A stretch of 64,000 bases of DNA, from the NCBI RefSeq assembly GCF_011745625.1, contig NW_027191476.1, positions 248,001 to 312,000 on the forward strand, given 5' to 3'. The DNA is from Cladosporium halotolerans (lineage: Eukaryota). Position numbers and translations under genes: made by a program. Shown here piece after piece: positions 1 through 11,765 of this stretch. Numbering within the stretch: the first letter of the stretch is position 1; each line of letters starts with the position of its first letter. The notes beneath the pieces were generated by a model, which worked only from the letters and a program-made list of their open reading frames with translations, had not been told where the DNA came from and did not search any database.

Positions 1-1437
1 GTACTCTCTAGCAAGCATTCGATGTCGTCGCCAGCGAGGCCAAGCCCGCCAGAGCGATCACGGACAATCACATCGACTTCTGGCTCTGTGCGCACTGTGA
101 AGCAGGCAGACATCAAGAGGACCAAGTCCCGCGAGTCGTTGCCTCCTTCGCCTGGCCTCCCCGGTACGCCCATGGCTCTCGAGTCTCCTGGTGGGTCAAA
201 CCTCGGCGGCCTGCTCGGTGGCGCCGGTCGACGCATTCTTAAGACAGTACGCGAAAGGTCTGCGGCGCGCTCTCAACAATCTGACCATCGCGGCCGTTCT
301 GCCATCCGCGAGGGCTCAACCGAGTCATTAGATCCACACGCCGGGCCAAGCCTTGCAGTGAGCCAGACATCCGCCGCGGGGCATGTCGACTTGCCGGAAG
401 CCCTGAGGGACATCAAACCTACCGCGAGCGCGAACAACAGTCCGCGAGCAAGCCCCGCTGCATCTCGAGCGCAATCTGTCGTGTCGGGGTCGTCAACGCG
501 TCTGAGGCCAAGCGCGGGCACCCTCTCGCGCAAGTCCTCCAATAGCTCGATCAAGTCACTCAGGTCGAATACCAGATCATCAGTCGCGTCGCAACACGGG
601 AACGACGAGACGCCTGTCAAGCAGGCACCTCGAGTCATTCCCACTGAGTCTGAAGACTGGCAGCGCGCAGATGACGAGCGCATCCGCAGACTACAGAGGG
701 AAGGCGAAGAGGCCGAGGCTGAGAGACAAAGCCACACTTCCCGCCCGGAGAGCTCGTTGCGCGACCGCAGATGCCCGTCCAGTCCAGACGACCACAACCG
801 AGCCCGCGCCGAATGGCAGCGTTCCGTCGCCGCCGACGGATCCCACGTAGCCTCGCACGAGACCAGCCCAACCGGCCACGCCGGCCAGCTCCCGCCCTCC
901 CTCGTCTCCAGCTCCTCCGACTTCGGCTCCGCCGTCTCAATGTCCGTCTCCAACCCCTCCATCCCCTCCGTCATCTCCGAGGCCTCCTCCATCGACCCCG
1001 TCGAAGGCCAACCGATCGAAGAGCTCGACGCAAAGCACTCCGACTCGACGCTCAACGGCGCCGACGCCACGGTCAAGCCCTCCTTCCGCGCCGAGCTCAT
1101 CGAAGACGAAGAAGGCTACTCCCCGGACCAGGAAGAGACGATCCTCGACAGCGAGGTCGAAGACGGCTCCGACTACGAGAGCAGCTCCGACAGCGACGGC
1201 GGCCTCGTCATGCGCCGCCGCCGCTCCGGCGGCGGCAAGAACTTGCCCTCGACGTCCCCGCGCCACAGCAGCCTCGCCGCGGCGCTCGAGGCCGTGCACT
1301 CGAAGCAGAGGCGGGGCACGGGCCTGTCGCGGGGCTCGAAGCGCAGTTCGCGCAGCGGGAGCAACAATACTATGAAGAAGGTGCGGACGCGCGATAGCGA
1401 AGACGAGAGGGCGCGGGAGGATATCCAGGAGGAGTGA
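1..1437 (+). CDS. 3' part of a gene truncated by the window start; Ser/Arg/acidic low-complexity tail, tentatively of a fungal SAK1/ELM1-like (CaMKK-family) kinase
   Basis: Frame is open from base 1 to TGA 1435-1437 with coding-like codon bias and is followed by a T-rich 3' region. The segment SSSSDFGSAVSMSVSNPSIPSVISEASS recalls tails of such kinases, but no kinase domain lies in the window, so the identity is weak. Confidence 0.6.
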   Translation, partial: VLSSKHSMSSPARPSPPERSRTITSTSGSVRTVKQADIKRTKSRESLPPSPGLPGTPMALESPGGSNLGGLLGGAGRRILKTVRERSAARSQQSDHRGRSAIREGSTESLDPHAGPSLAVSQTSAAGHVDLPEALRDIKPTASANNSPRASPAASRAQSVVSGSSTRLRPSAGTLSRKSSNSSIKSLRSNTRSSVASQHGNDETPVKQAPRVIPTESEDWQRADDERIRRLQREGEEAEAERQSHTSRPESSLRDRRCPSSPDDHNRARAEWQRSVAADGSHVASHETSPTGHAGQLPPSLVSSSSDFGSAVSMSVSNPSIPSVISEASSIDPVEGQPIEELDAKHSDSTLNGADATVKPSFRAELIEDEEGYSPDQEETILDSEVEDGSDYESSSDSDGGLVMRRRRSGGGKNLPSTSPRHSSLAAALEAVHSKQRRGTGLSRGSKRSSRSGSNNTMKKVRTRDSEDERAREDIQEE

Positions 1438-2777
1438 GGGTTGTTGTTTTTGCTTTTTTCTTTTTCTTCGTGTGAATTGTTGAAGTCCGAGGAGGGACGT
1501 TTTTGCTTACTTGCATGAGAAGAAGGGGAAGAAGAAGAGAGCACACAAAAGGAACAGGTTAGATTGGTGGGGTGAGGTGGGTTGGGGATCTTCTGTCTTG
1601 TTTACCGCATATCGGGCTCGCCGCTCAGGGGTGGATGGGACTTGTATCAGTTTGCGAACGAACGAACGATGGACCGAACAGGGAAAGAAAAGATGGCTGG
1701 GGAGGGGGAGCATTTTGTCCACTTCACTCTACTTCTCTTCTCTTGTCTTCTTTTGTTAGACGCACGGGAGGAACTTAGCTAGCTTCTCTGCCTTACTTTA
1801 CTTTTCCTTCTTTCTTGATCTTTTCACGAGGAGTGTATAGATGAGAACGAGCCGAGGCGAGAATTTACAGCAAGCTAGCAAGCAAAGCGCTCTCGCGAGG
1901 CGGGTTTGTTTGGTCGTTTGTTTGTTTGTTTTATCTAGTGAGCATGGCGCGTGCGTTTCTGATCTTGATCATTTGCTTCTCTTCTGATTTGTGTTTTTAT
2001 GTCTGGTTTTGGGTGGTTCATCGTGTTCGAAGTATCAGACTGAGGGACTATGATCGATGTTTGCGCTCCTCTGCTGTTCACGTTGCATTTGCTGGCTGAG
2101 GAGGTGCGGGTCGGGCTGGAGGGCTTGCAGATTGCATGGAGGCGTGCGTGGTGTGAGTGTGTGTAGGTTATATTTAGAATACATGGAGAGAATGGAGAAT
2201 CAATCGCCGCTCTAATCGTCGTGACTATTATTCTGGGGCTTCATTCTGGGACGAGCCGGAGGACGTTAGTGAAGGGGCGGTGTTTCGTTTCAGTGTTCAG
2301 TCATTCTTGTGTTTCTAATCACGGTGCTAAACAAGGGCAGCCTTGTTATTATGGTCAATTTGACGGCAGCCAGTAAAATTCCAGCTTGCCATCAGCTACC
2401 TACAGGTCTACATGGACAGCCAATGCTTCGGCGATCCTTAAGGACTACGTTGAGGCTATCTGTTCTGCTGACCACTTACAGGAACTAGGACGAATCAGGA
2501 ACCAAAGCGACCTCATGCGTATACTTTCTTTATCCCTTTATCACCAGACCTATCCTTCCCGTGCAGGCACGTCAGAGTCACTGTAGTACCAACTTTGCCC
2601 TATTCGAAGCGAGCCAATTGATGTTCTATATATCGAGACCCAACAATCGCCTTATCCTTCAGCCTCGATACGTAGCCATGGCGAAGCTGTCGATATTATT
2701 GGCTCTTGAATTTATTAATCGACGAGGTTTGCGATGGTGAAACAGGTTTTGGGTACTGAGATTTTCATACCATCCCT

Positions 2778-4496
2778 ATGTCTTTGTCATTTGTTGCGAC
2801 CACGACGGTGATCGTCACGGCGTCAGTCACGAGTATATACTACAATACCACCACGTTTGGGGCGGCACCTACCAACAGTCTTGAGAATGGAGACTATCTA
2901 ACGGAAGACTTTGTTCAAATTGTCGAGGATTTGCCGCAAACATGCGACAGCATTTACGACCTTATTATTCGAAACGGTAGCTGGAATGGCAATGGAAATC
3001 TAGAGTCCAATCCCGACATCGCAGGGATCGGGGTATGTTAGCAATGTGACACTGTGGCGATATCCAATCTGACCCAACGAAAGACCATCCTCGCTTTCCT
3101 ACTCACAGCCTACGCCGTGCTTCTGATCGCCGGCGTGTCCTACTTCGGCGGTTTCCTACCTGCCAAATTCATCCGGCGAGTCGACGAATATATGTTCAAG
3201 GTCCACAACGACAGCCAAAACAATCCGTGGAAAGAGATTCTGGAGAAAACGATGTTGTCGCTCAGCGATCAACAGCTGGTGTTCGGCCTTGCCGTCCTTG
3301 TCGCGGGCTTCTGTGAAATGGTGCGGGAGGACCTCTCGCTCTACCACTGGAACATGATCGTGTATCTGGCCTGGCTAAGCTCCTCGGTACACATCGCGTC
3401 GCTTACTATGCTGAGAGAGATGCCGAAGCAGAGCAAGAAGTTCCGGAACATTCGCGTGATTGGCATGCTGGTGCTGTGGGCACTGCTAGTGGCGGCTTCT
3501 TGGCCTACACGTCGGTCAAGCGAAGCTCGACTGTTGAGGGTGCCGGTGAGATGCCTCTGGAGTATGCGAGTGTGGACACAAGAGGAGACCCGCCCATTTC
3601 TGGAAAATCTCAATTTCAGCTGGCTGCTTTCCCTCTTGATGCTCTTTGGCACTTACGTCTGGAAGCTGCTCCAGCTGTTCGCCTCGTCCGACGGCTGGGT
3701 ACGCAAATATATCCGCGCGAAACCGGAGGCGGCAATGGAGCGAACAATGCGGTGTCTGGCTCGAACAGACGCTCGAGCCGTATGGCTGAGATGGCCAGCT
3801 CGCAAGCTGGTCACTGTCGTCTATGTCATCTTCGTCTCCGTTGCCGAGGTCGCCGAATCATTCGTCGCATGCCTCATATACTTGGCTTTCGCGCTGCCCT
3901 GGGGAATCCTCAATCTCTTCCATAATCATGCTAAGATCGGCCACGAGACGCGACACGGCGAGGCCATACTGACCTTCGGGCAGCTCATCCCGCTTTTCTT
4001 ACTCGTCTTGCCCCTTTTGGAGCTCATTGAGTCTGCAATATTCAGCAAGTGCAAGCTCCATGCCTTTCGCCCATCCAAATCCGAGTCTTCGTCAGAACCT
4101 AGCACTCCAGATGTTCTCAAACAACAAGACCGCGAGAGATCACAGAAAGGGTACAATAACCTCACCGCAGCACTTCTCGCCAACGAGCCAAATTCTGACT
4201 CCAAGCTTCCCAAGGATGGCGAGTCTCGCCCTCACGACCCAGTCGTCGATCACGTCACCGAGGCATATGCTTTCAAGGTCTTGACATGGGTCTTCCTACT
4301 GGGCTGTGCAGTCGTCAGTCTGGCGATACTGGCTGTCGGCCCAGTGTGGGACATCATCCCCGAGCACGATACTATCTCAGACTCGGACAATCGTGGAAGC
4401 CGTGCTCCTTATATGGTAACGGGATTGATATGCGCTGTGTTTACTTGGTTCGCGTTCGCGGCTTGCATCACGCTGTGCAGTCGGAAGTTGAGCTAG
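2778..4496 (+). CDS. Uncharacterised multi-pass membrane protein of an ascomycete family (NPDIAGIG / SDQQLV / YHWNMIVYLAWLSS motifs)
   Basis: Exon 2778-3032, then GTATGT...CTGAC...AG intron 3033-3083 (phase 0), joins the 2778 and 3054 ORFs in frame; several hydrophobic helices. Confidence 0.75.
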
Positions 4497-4816
4497 ATTT
4501 TGGCGTCGGGGGTGGCTCCTTCGGATTTAGAAAGATATATAGAACACAAACACACTTCCATCTCAACGGAGGTCCAGGAAAGGTCGAAATCTGCTGATTC
4601 GCAATAGTCGTTGTTGGGAAATCAAAGTGTAATGTGGCTGCAAGGGTGAGGTCTCGAAGGCAGCACGGACCCTGGCTGACTTCCAACGTCGGGTCTTCGT
4701 CCACGGCCTTGATTCCAATGTCACACCCAACGATGGTGCTGCGAAGCGAATAACAAATGTATCTTGGGCATGTCGTCAATGGTTGAAATCAAGATCAGGC
4801 TATCGAATCATTGAAA

Positions 4817-6899
4817 ATGCCAGCGCCAAACCCCGCCGGCCGCCAGGAGGCGCGGACAGCCTCCCTTCAGGGTCCCAACTGGACGCTTGTCTTGGGCGTC
4901 CTCCTTGCGCTTCGCATCACTAATGCCTTGAGCATCAAGACCTTTTTCCAGCCAGACGAATATTTCCAGTCATTGGAGCCAGCATGGCGCATCGCTTTTG
5001 GTCGAGACAGTGGCGCTTGGGTCACTTGGGTAAGTAACGCCGGCTTGACCAAGGTGACTTCACTCCTGACGTTGATATAGGAATGGCGAGAGGGTCTTCG
5101 TACAGCCATACATCCTTGGGTCTTCGCCATGGTCTACAAAGTTACAGATGCCATGTCAACACTTGAAGGTGCCAGTCGCAGCACAAGAGCACACGATTTG
5201 CTGATCGCACCAAAAATCGCTCAAGCCATCTTCGCCGCCGTGATGGACCTCTTTACTTGGAAGTTGGGACAGCGAATCTACGGATCGGCTAGCCCGACAT
5301 CACTTGCAGCGGTGAGTTAGGGATGAATGAAAGGAGTGGGTTAGGCTAATAGTGAGACTCCCAGCTTGCGTTGACTGTCTTCAGCCCGTGGCAGTGGTAC
5401 ACGTCTACACGGACATTCGCCAATTCATTTGAAACCACTTTGACTATTGTCGCACTCTATGCTTGGCCGTGGGAATGGTTTCTTGGTGCTCCTGCTAACA
5501 GTGGAGCACCGATCAATGTTCTGGACGATGGGCCGTCTCTTGAGTACTATGCCCCTTGTATTGATGTTCGGAGGACCATTACTGACCAACAAATAGACTC
5601 AAAGATTTCTTGGAAGGCAATCAGGACGATGCATCATCACAAGCCTCTGATTCAACCAAGGGCAACTCCACGACTGGCGATGCTACGCCGACTCCGTCTG
5701 CCGACTTTCCGCGCTCGAGGCTGTACGTTGCTTTGGCTGCAGCAGCATTGGCCTGTATTTTGAGACCAACCAACATCATCATTTGGATTACGATTGCCGT
5801 CATCACGATGGCCAAACATAGCAACACGACGAGATCCATTATGCTGGTGCAGAGTGCGGTTGTAGTCGGGTACGTCTCGCCATGGTTTCTTCTCATTCGA
5901 TGATGCTGACCCTATCGCAGTACCGTCGTCCTCGTAAGTTCCCTCCTCGTTGACCAGAGCTTTTACGGAACATGGACCATTCCACCTCTCCGGTTTCTCT
6001 ACCTGAACATCATGCAAGATTTGGCCGTCTTCTATGGGCGAAACAGAGTCGACTACTACTTTACCGAGGGTCTCCCATTGCTCTTGACTACAGCACTCCC
6101 CTTTGCTGGCATCGGTCTTTGGACAGCTCTCAGATCTGGTCTGGACCGCCCGCAATTTGCAGGCTACGTGGAACGTCAAACGCTGCGAACTCTCGCTCTC
6201 GTCGTTGTCACGACAGTCCTCGCATTCAGCATGATCGCACACAAAGAGATGCGCTTCATCTACCCGCTGCTGCCTATCCTCCACGTGCTAGCTGCAAAAC
6301 CGCTCGCGAGCTTCTTCAGGCCGTTCCCAATGCCAAAGTCCTACGCGCGGCTTGGCCTTCTGCTTCTCGGACTTACCGTGAATATTTACATTGCTGCGTA
6401 CGTCAGTACTGTCCACCAACGCGGCGTCATCGATGTTATGCATTTTCTTCGGCACAAAGCCGAGACGGAAAACGGCGGAGTCCGCAACATCACCGTCGGC
6501 TTCTTGATGCCATGCCACAGCACGCCCTGGCGAAGCCATTTCGTCCACCCTGAGATCGACGCCTGGGCTTTGACCTGCGAGCCGCCCATCAACGTTGCGC
6601 GCGAAGACAGGGCAGAATACCTCGATGAGGCGGACATCTTCTACATGCATCCTGGGGGCTGGATCGACAGGTACATGGCAGACCGCAAGAACATCCTCTC
6701 GCAATCGAGCGTCGCAAGCGAAGAGGAAGGACGCCGAGCATGGCCCGAGTACCTGGTGTTTTTCGAGCAGCTGGAGCCGGTGATGAACGCCGTGCTGGAA
6801 GGCACGAAATACACCGAGTGCTGGCGCGGGTTCAACACGCACTGGCACGACGATAACCGGCGCAGGGGGGACGTGATCGTGCAGTGCTTGCGGGAATAA
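4817..6899 (+). CDS. GPI10: GPI mannosyltransferase 3 (PIG-B/Gpi10, GT22)
   Basis: Motifs [66 protein letters not shown]. Introns 5030-5080, 5312-5364, 5544-5596 and 5870-5920 give a continuous frame. Confidence 0.93.
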
Positions 6900-7046
6900 C
6901 ACCGTAGCACAATGGGCGCAAATTGCCCACTGCAGTAGTCAATCAACCTCACCATTCTCACCTACCTCTCTCCAGAGCCACACCCTAACATCACCACACC
7001 CCACTAGCCCAGGCACCAGCAGCTCAAGCCACGCTCCGACGACCTA

Positions 7047-7309
7047 CACAGCCTCACCGGGCGCCCGTATGATGAAACGCCACGCACGCAGCAGCAGCAG
7101 CGAAGCCGGCAAGTCGGCTTCTCGAAGGCAGCAGAGGTGGAGCGCGACGGCCCTGTAAGGCCATAGGGCGACGAGCGCGTCGAGAGAGGTGGTCGAATTC
7201 GCGCGCTCTGATGTGCCGCGTGCGTGGCTGTGTTCGTCTGCCCGTCCGGTGGGTTGTGTGGATTGACTTCTGGCGTGCGCTAGCGGAGCGTGCCCGGAGG
7301 GGGGCTGTG
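7047..7309. promoter_or_regulatory. Cluster of three Crz1/CDRE-type sites (GNGGCTGTG) upstream of crzA
   Basis: CACAGCCTC 7047-7055 (reverse complement GAGGCTGTG), GTGGCTGTG 7224-7232 and GGGGCTGTG 7301-7309, about 1.1-1.35 kb upstream of the crzA ATG. Confidence 0.55.
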
Positions 7310-8399
7310 CAACTTTGCAAGGTACCAACCGCGTGATGCGTTTCATGATGGGACTTTTCCGTGGGAGCGGCGGCACGGGAGGGTGATTTTGTGCCTTTGG
7401 GCGTATGTGCGGTGACGTTTGTTGTTTTTGTTGGAATGCATGTCAGATGTGTTGTTGTTTGGGTGTTGGTTTGGTGAGGTCTGATGAGGTGCGGTGGGAG
7501 GAGAGAGAGGCTAGGGGAGGGAGCCGAGATTTGCCCTCTGTGGAGCTGTTGGTGCGAGATAATCACCGTTGTTTGGCGGTAGATGCATCTTGCTGAATAT
7601 AGTAAGAAGTCAACATTAGGCCGGCGCAAATAGGCAACTCTGTTCCTGTGTCATGTGAATCTTTGAGTTGACAGCACGGCGATCTTTGGTCGGAGGCGGG
7701 ATGACCTGCAGCGAGCTGAACGCCTGGAGGTGCTCAGGCAGCAAGACGCTGACCGGTGTGGGGTCGATGTGGAGTCGGGCCAGTGCATGTCGGGCTGCCG
7801 ACGGGATGATTCACGCAGCGAACAAGCCCGAACTGCTGCTGTATCGACCGCCCACGCCTGTCTCGCTATCGCGCATGAACCGCATGCGCGCCAGACCAGC
7901 CGCGTCCACTGGCCGACTAAGCGTGCCCTCGCCGGCCCCCGCTGCGTCGCTGTGTCGTTGCGCGACCCGGCGCCAGAGGGCTGAGCATCGATCGTGCAGC
8001 GGCGGCAGCAGCCGTCGACGCCTGTAGAGACGGCTCACCTCGCTGCGCCTCCTTCACTTCCTCCCGCCAGCGTATGAGCGTGCACGCGACGTCACGTTAC
8101 CCGGCGGCCCTGCTTAGACGCAATCCTTCGTGCGCGACACACAGACTCGACACTCCAGTACGCAGACACCGCTCGGCTCGCAGCATTGCACGACGTGCGC
8201 TGTGCTGTGCTGTGCTGCGCCCGCTTCCACTTCCACTCCAGCTTAGCGCCGCCCACTGGCCGAACCTTTTGCCTGCCCTGCCCGTCTCAGGTGTCCGAAC
8301 CTCTCGCGCGCTGCGCTCGCGTGTTCCCAAGGCTCCCAGGATAGCATCAGCCTCGCACCCTCGCCCGACCGCCCGCCTGCACCGCAACTCCCGACCACT

Positions 8400-10797
8400 A
8401 TGGATCCCAACTCGCGTGGCCGCTCGCCCTCGGCCAACAATGCCTCCCATTTAAGGCACACGCCCTCCGCCTCACCGCACCCGCCTTACAACCAATCCTT
8501 CGTTGATACCAACCTACTTTCTGCCGACCACTCCTTCCAGAACCTCCACAACTCCGCTCCCGCCGGCCTCACACAAGGCCTCCAGCAACCTCAGCCAGAC
8601 TACTCGTTGGGGCAGTACAACACCTTCAAAGAGCAGCAACAACCACAGCAGGTGCCCATCGTGCCTTCTCAAAACAACGACGTGTCGAATCATACCTTCC
8701 TGCAGTCCTCGCAGGTCGGCGACAACCTTTACGGGTTCAACCAGGCCGCTCAGGGCAACAACCACCTCTCGCCCGGCGCCATTGACCACAACATTTCTTC
8801 CGGCGCGAATAGCGCAAACTCCAGCTTTCCTACTTTCGACTTCAACCAGCTGGACCAGAGCAACTCACTGGACCCTTCGCTGCTCGACCCTAGTGGAATC
8901 GACTTGCTTCAGCCGCAGCCAGCTCAGCTGGACAACAATCTAGACCCCATGGCGGCCGCTGCTATGCAATCGCACACTCCCACTCCTCCTCACCTCTTTC
9001 CCGAAGCCACGCATAGGAGTTCCGCAAGCCCAAGCCCACACGCATCGCCGAATCCCCAGCAAGGACACTTCCAAAGCATGAACAGGCCGCGAAATACTTC
9101 TGAGTCGCTCGATCCGTCGAGCGCAGCATATCCGCAGGGAAATGGCAACGAGTGGGCGAGCATGAGCAGCTACAGACCCCACCAGAGGTCACCTTCGGAT
9201 CAACTGTCCGACATCTCGTCAGCGCATAACTCTCCGTACATGCAGACATTAGACAACCTCGACATCAACGCGCATTCTTCACCCATGCTCAATCCTTCTG
9301 CAGATCCTAGTTTCAACGATAGTCTTGGGCTCGGTCAATTCAGCCTGAACGACGGTCAGCACCCAGGTCAAAGCTACTACAGCCCCGGTCACAGCCCGCA
9401 CATCTCCCCGAGACTCATGCCTCAACAAAGCGAGCTTCCTGCTTTTACTGCTGAGAACAACTATGGCATGGCGCCGGCCATGAGTGGACAGTTCATGCAG
9501 CCACATGACTCAGGCGACATGTTCCCTTCACTTGGTCAGGAGCCATTCCCGTCGTACAGCAATCAGCCAACGAGCCCCAGTGACCTCGGCGCGGCAGATC
9601 AGATGAGCCCGCCAGAAATCAGCATTGACTATGCGCCACCTGCGAAGAACAATAATATCTTCCCTCGCCCTAATAGTAACAACGACGATACGCTCAGCCC
9701 GCCATTGAGAAGTAAGCTCGTTCGTTGCGCAAGCCCGCCAATACTTTTGCTGACATTCTTCTTTAGATCCCAGTCGGCATCGCATGCGCGCGCAATCGGA
9801 CTCTGCCGCCGGTTCACGACCAATGACCCCTTCCCTTTCCCGCGGACGATCGCCTTCACTGCAGCCACCCACTTCTCAAGGCTCGCTTGCTCCCTTCGAC
9901 AACAATTCCGCCTCTTCACGATCGTCGTCTCCTGCGAGAGGCCGCAACGGATCTCTTTCATCCCGCAACCGCAGCTCTAGCAATGCATCAGACCGCGGCT
10001 ACATTCTTGATCTCGCCAACCCAGAGCGGACGCCTTCCAACGGCGCAGACAAGGGCCGAATCCAGAAACACCCGGCCACCTTCCAATGCACTCTCTGCCC
10101 GAAACGCTTTACCAGAGCTTACAACCTTCGTTCTCACCTGCGCACACACACCGACGAGAGGCCTTTCGTTTGCACTGTCTGCGGCAAAGCCTTTGCTCGC
10201 CAACACGACCGCAAGCGTCACGAAGGTCTCCACTCCGGTGAGAAGAAGTTCGTCTGCCGCGGTACTTTACAAAGCAGCTCGCAATGGGGCTGCGGCCGCC
10301 GATTTGCCCGAGCAGACGCGCTCGGAAGACACTTCCGCTCAGAAGCCGGTCGCGTCTGCATCAAGCCCCTGCTGGACGAAGAAGCGGCCGAGCGGCGCAA
10401 AGCCTGGATGGAGGAGCAGCAGCAAGCGCAAGTGGCGGCCGGCCTCGTCGCACCGCAGCCCATGATGGCGCAGCCGCACATCGACATGAACCTGAACAAC
10501 TTCCTTCCCGCCGCGCTGCTGCAGCAGTACCCGGCGCTCGCGGGCCTCGACTGGGGCGCCATCCCGCAGGGCCCGCCGCCGGACGAAGAAGTATACAGCG
10601 GCCGCAGCTCCTTCGACGCCTCCAGCGGCGGCGAGCTGCACGAGGACCTCAGCGAGAACGAGATGGGCGCGTACCCCGCCGACCAGAACATGGGCGGTAT
10701 GGGCGGACACCAGAACTTCGGCATGCAGCAGCAATCGACGCAGGGCTTTGGTGGGAACCAGGCGGGAGACTACTTGAACGGCTTTGAAGGCCGATGA
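8400..10797 (+). CDS. crzA: Calcineurin-responsive C2H2 zinc-finger transcription factor CrzA/Crz1
   Basis: Exons 8400-9711 and 9767-10797 (GTAAGC...GCTGAC...TAG intron). Diagnostic [57 protein letters not shown]; PxIxIT-type docking motif PEISID; Ser/Gln-rich N-terminus. Confidence 0.95.
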
Positions 10798-11765
10798 CGA
10801 ACGCGACGCGAACCACGTGCTTCTTCTTTTGTTAATCACGATTTCCGAGGCACCGCAGGCTGCTTGCGTGCTGTCCATGACTTGTGAACGCTATGCTATC
10901 TGTCTGCTTCGATACCACTGCTTGGCTTTGCGCTTGCACGCGCACAGGGATAGAGGATTGTTTGATTTCTATCGCTGATTCTGACAGAGTGCGAGGGTGA
11001 TGGTTCTTTGTCTTTGCGATTTTATCTTGGTTTCCTTTTATACGCTTTTTTTGAGATACCACTTTCGCTGAGCTGCGCTGGAAGGGGGAGCGGCGAGCGG
11101 CGCTTTATCTTATTGTTTTTGCCTTGTTGGGTTTGGCTTTTGCTTGTTGAGCGAGACAGGATATCATATGAACACAACCGAGATGAAGCAGTCCGATCCA
11201 TTACCGATTCCATCCGATATCGTCCATTTTCAAGCCGGCGGAAATTGCCTCTCGCGGGTCAAGGTGCTTCTGTGCAGCCCGAGTACTTGAATACGCCGGC
11301 CGTTCGAGAAAGTCAGGTAGATGGGCTTCACTGCTGCAGCGTACCTTCTTTAAGCGCCGACCAATCGAGCGCGCCACCTGGTTCTTTGCAGCTCAAGTCC
11401 TTTGATGTACCGGCTGTTCAAGTAGGTCACACGGGACCGTTCATTCGATAATGGTCGCGCCAGGCTTGCAGCAAAGCTGAGGTCCAAGGTTGTACAACCG
11501 GAGCCCGAAGCCACCGGTGTGCTGGCACTGTCGCTTAGACGCAACGTACGAGGCTGCTTACGGACGCGGGCGATGCATGAGAGGGGAGGTGTGGTGGGCT
11601 TCTCAGCCTGATTTCCTTCTTTCTTACAGCCTGGTAATATCCGTCCTTTGCTCCCTCGTGGACTTACTCTTGTCTCCACCTCACACGGAACAGATTCAGC
11701 GTTGCTGCATCCCACTTGTTCCAGTCGCAACCAGTGTTCTCACTCTTTTCGAGCAAATCTCAAAC

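Noticed and set aside
7044..7629. Minus-strand ORFs (110 and 191 aa) upstream of crzA
   Set aside because: No recognisable motifs, overlapping frames are equally open in GC-rich DNA, and the region is better explained as crzA regulatory sequence.
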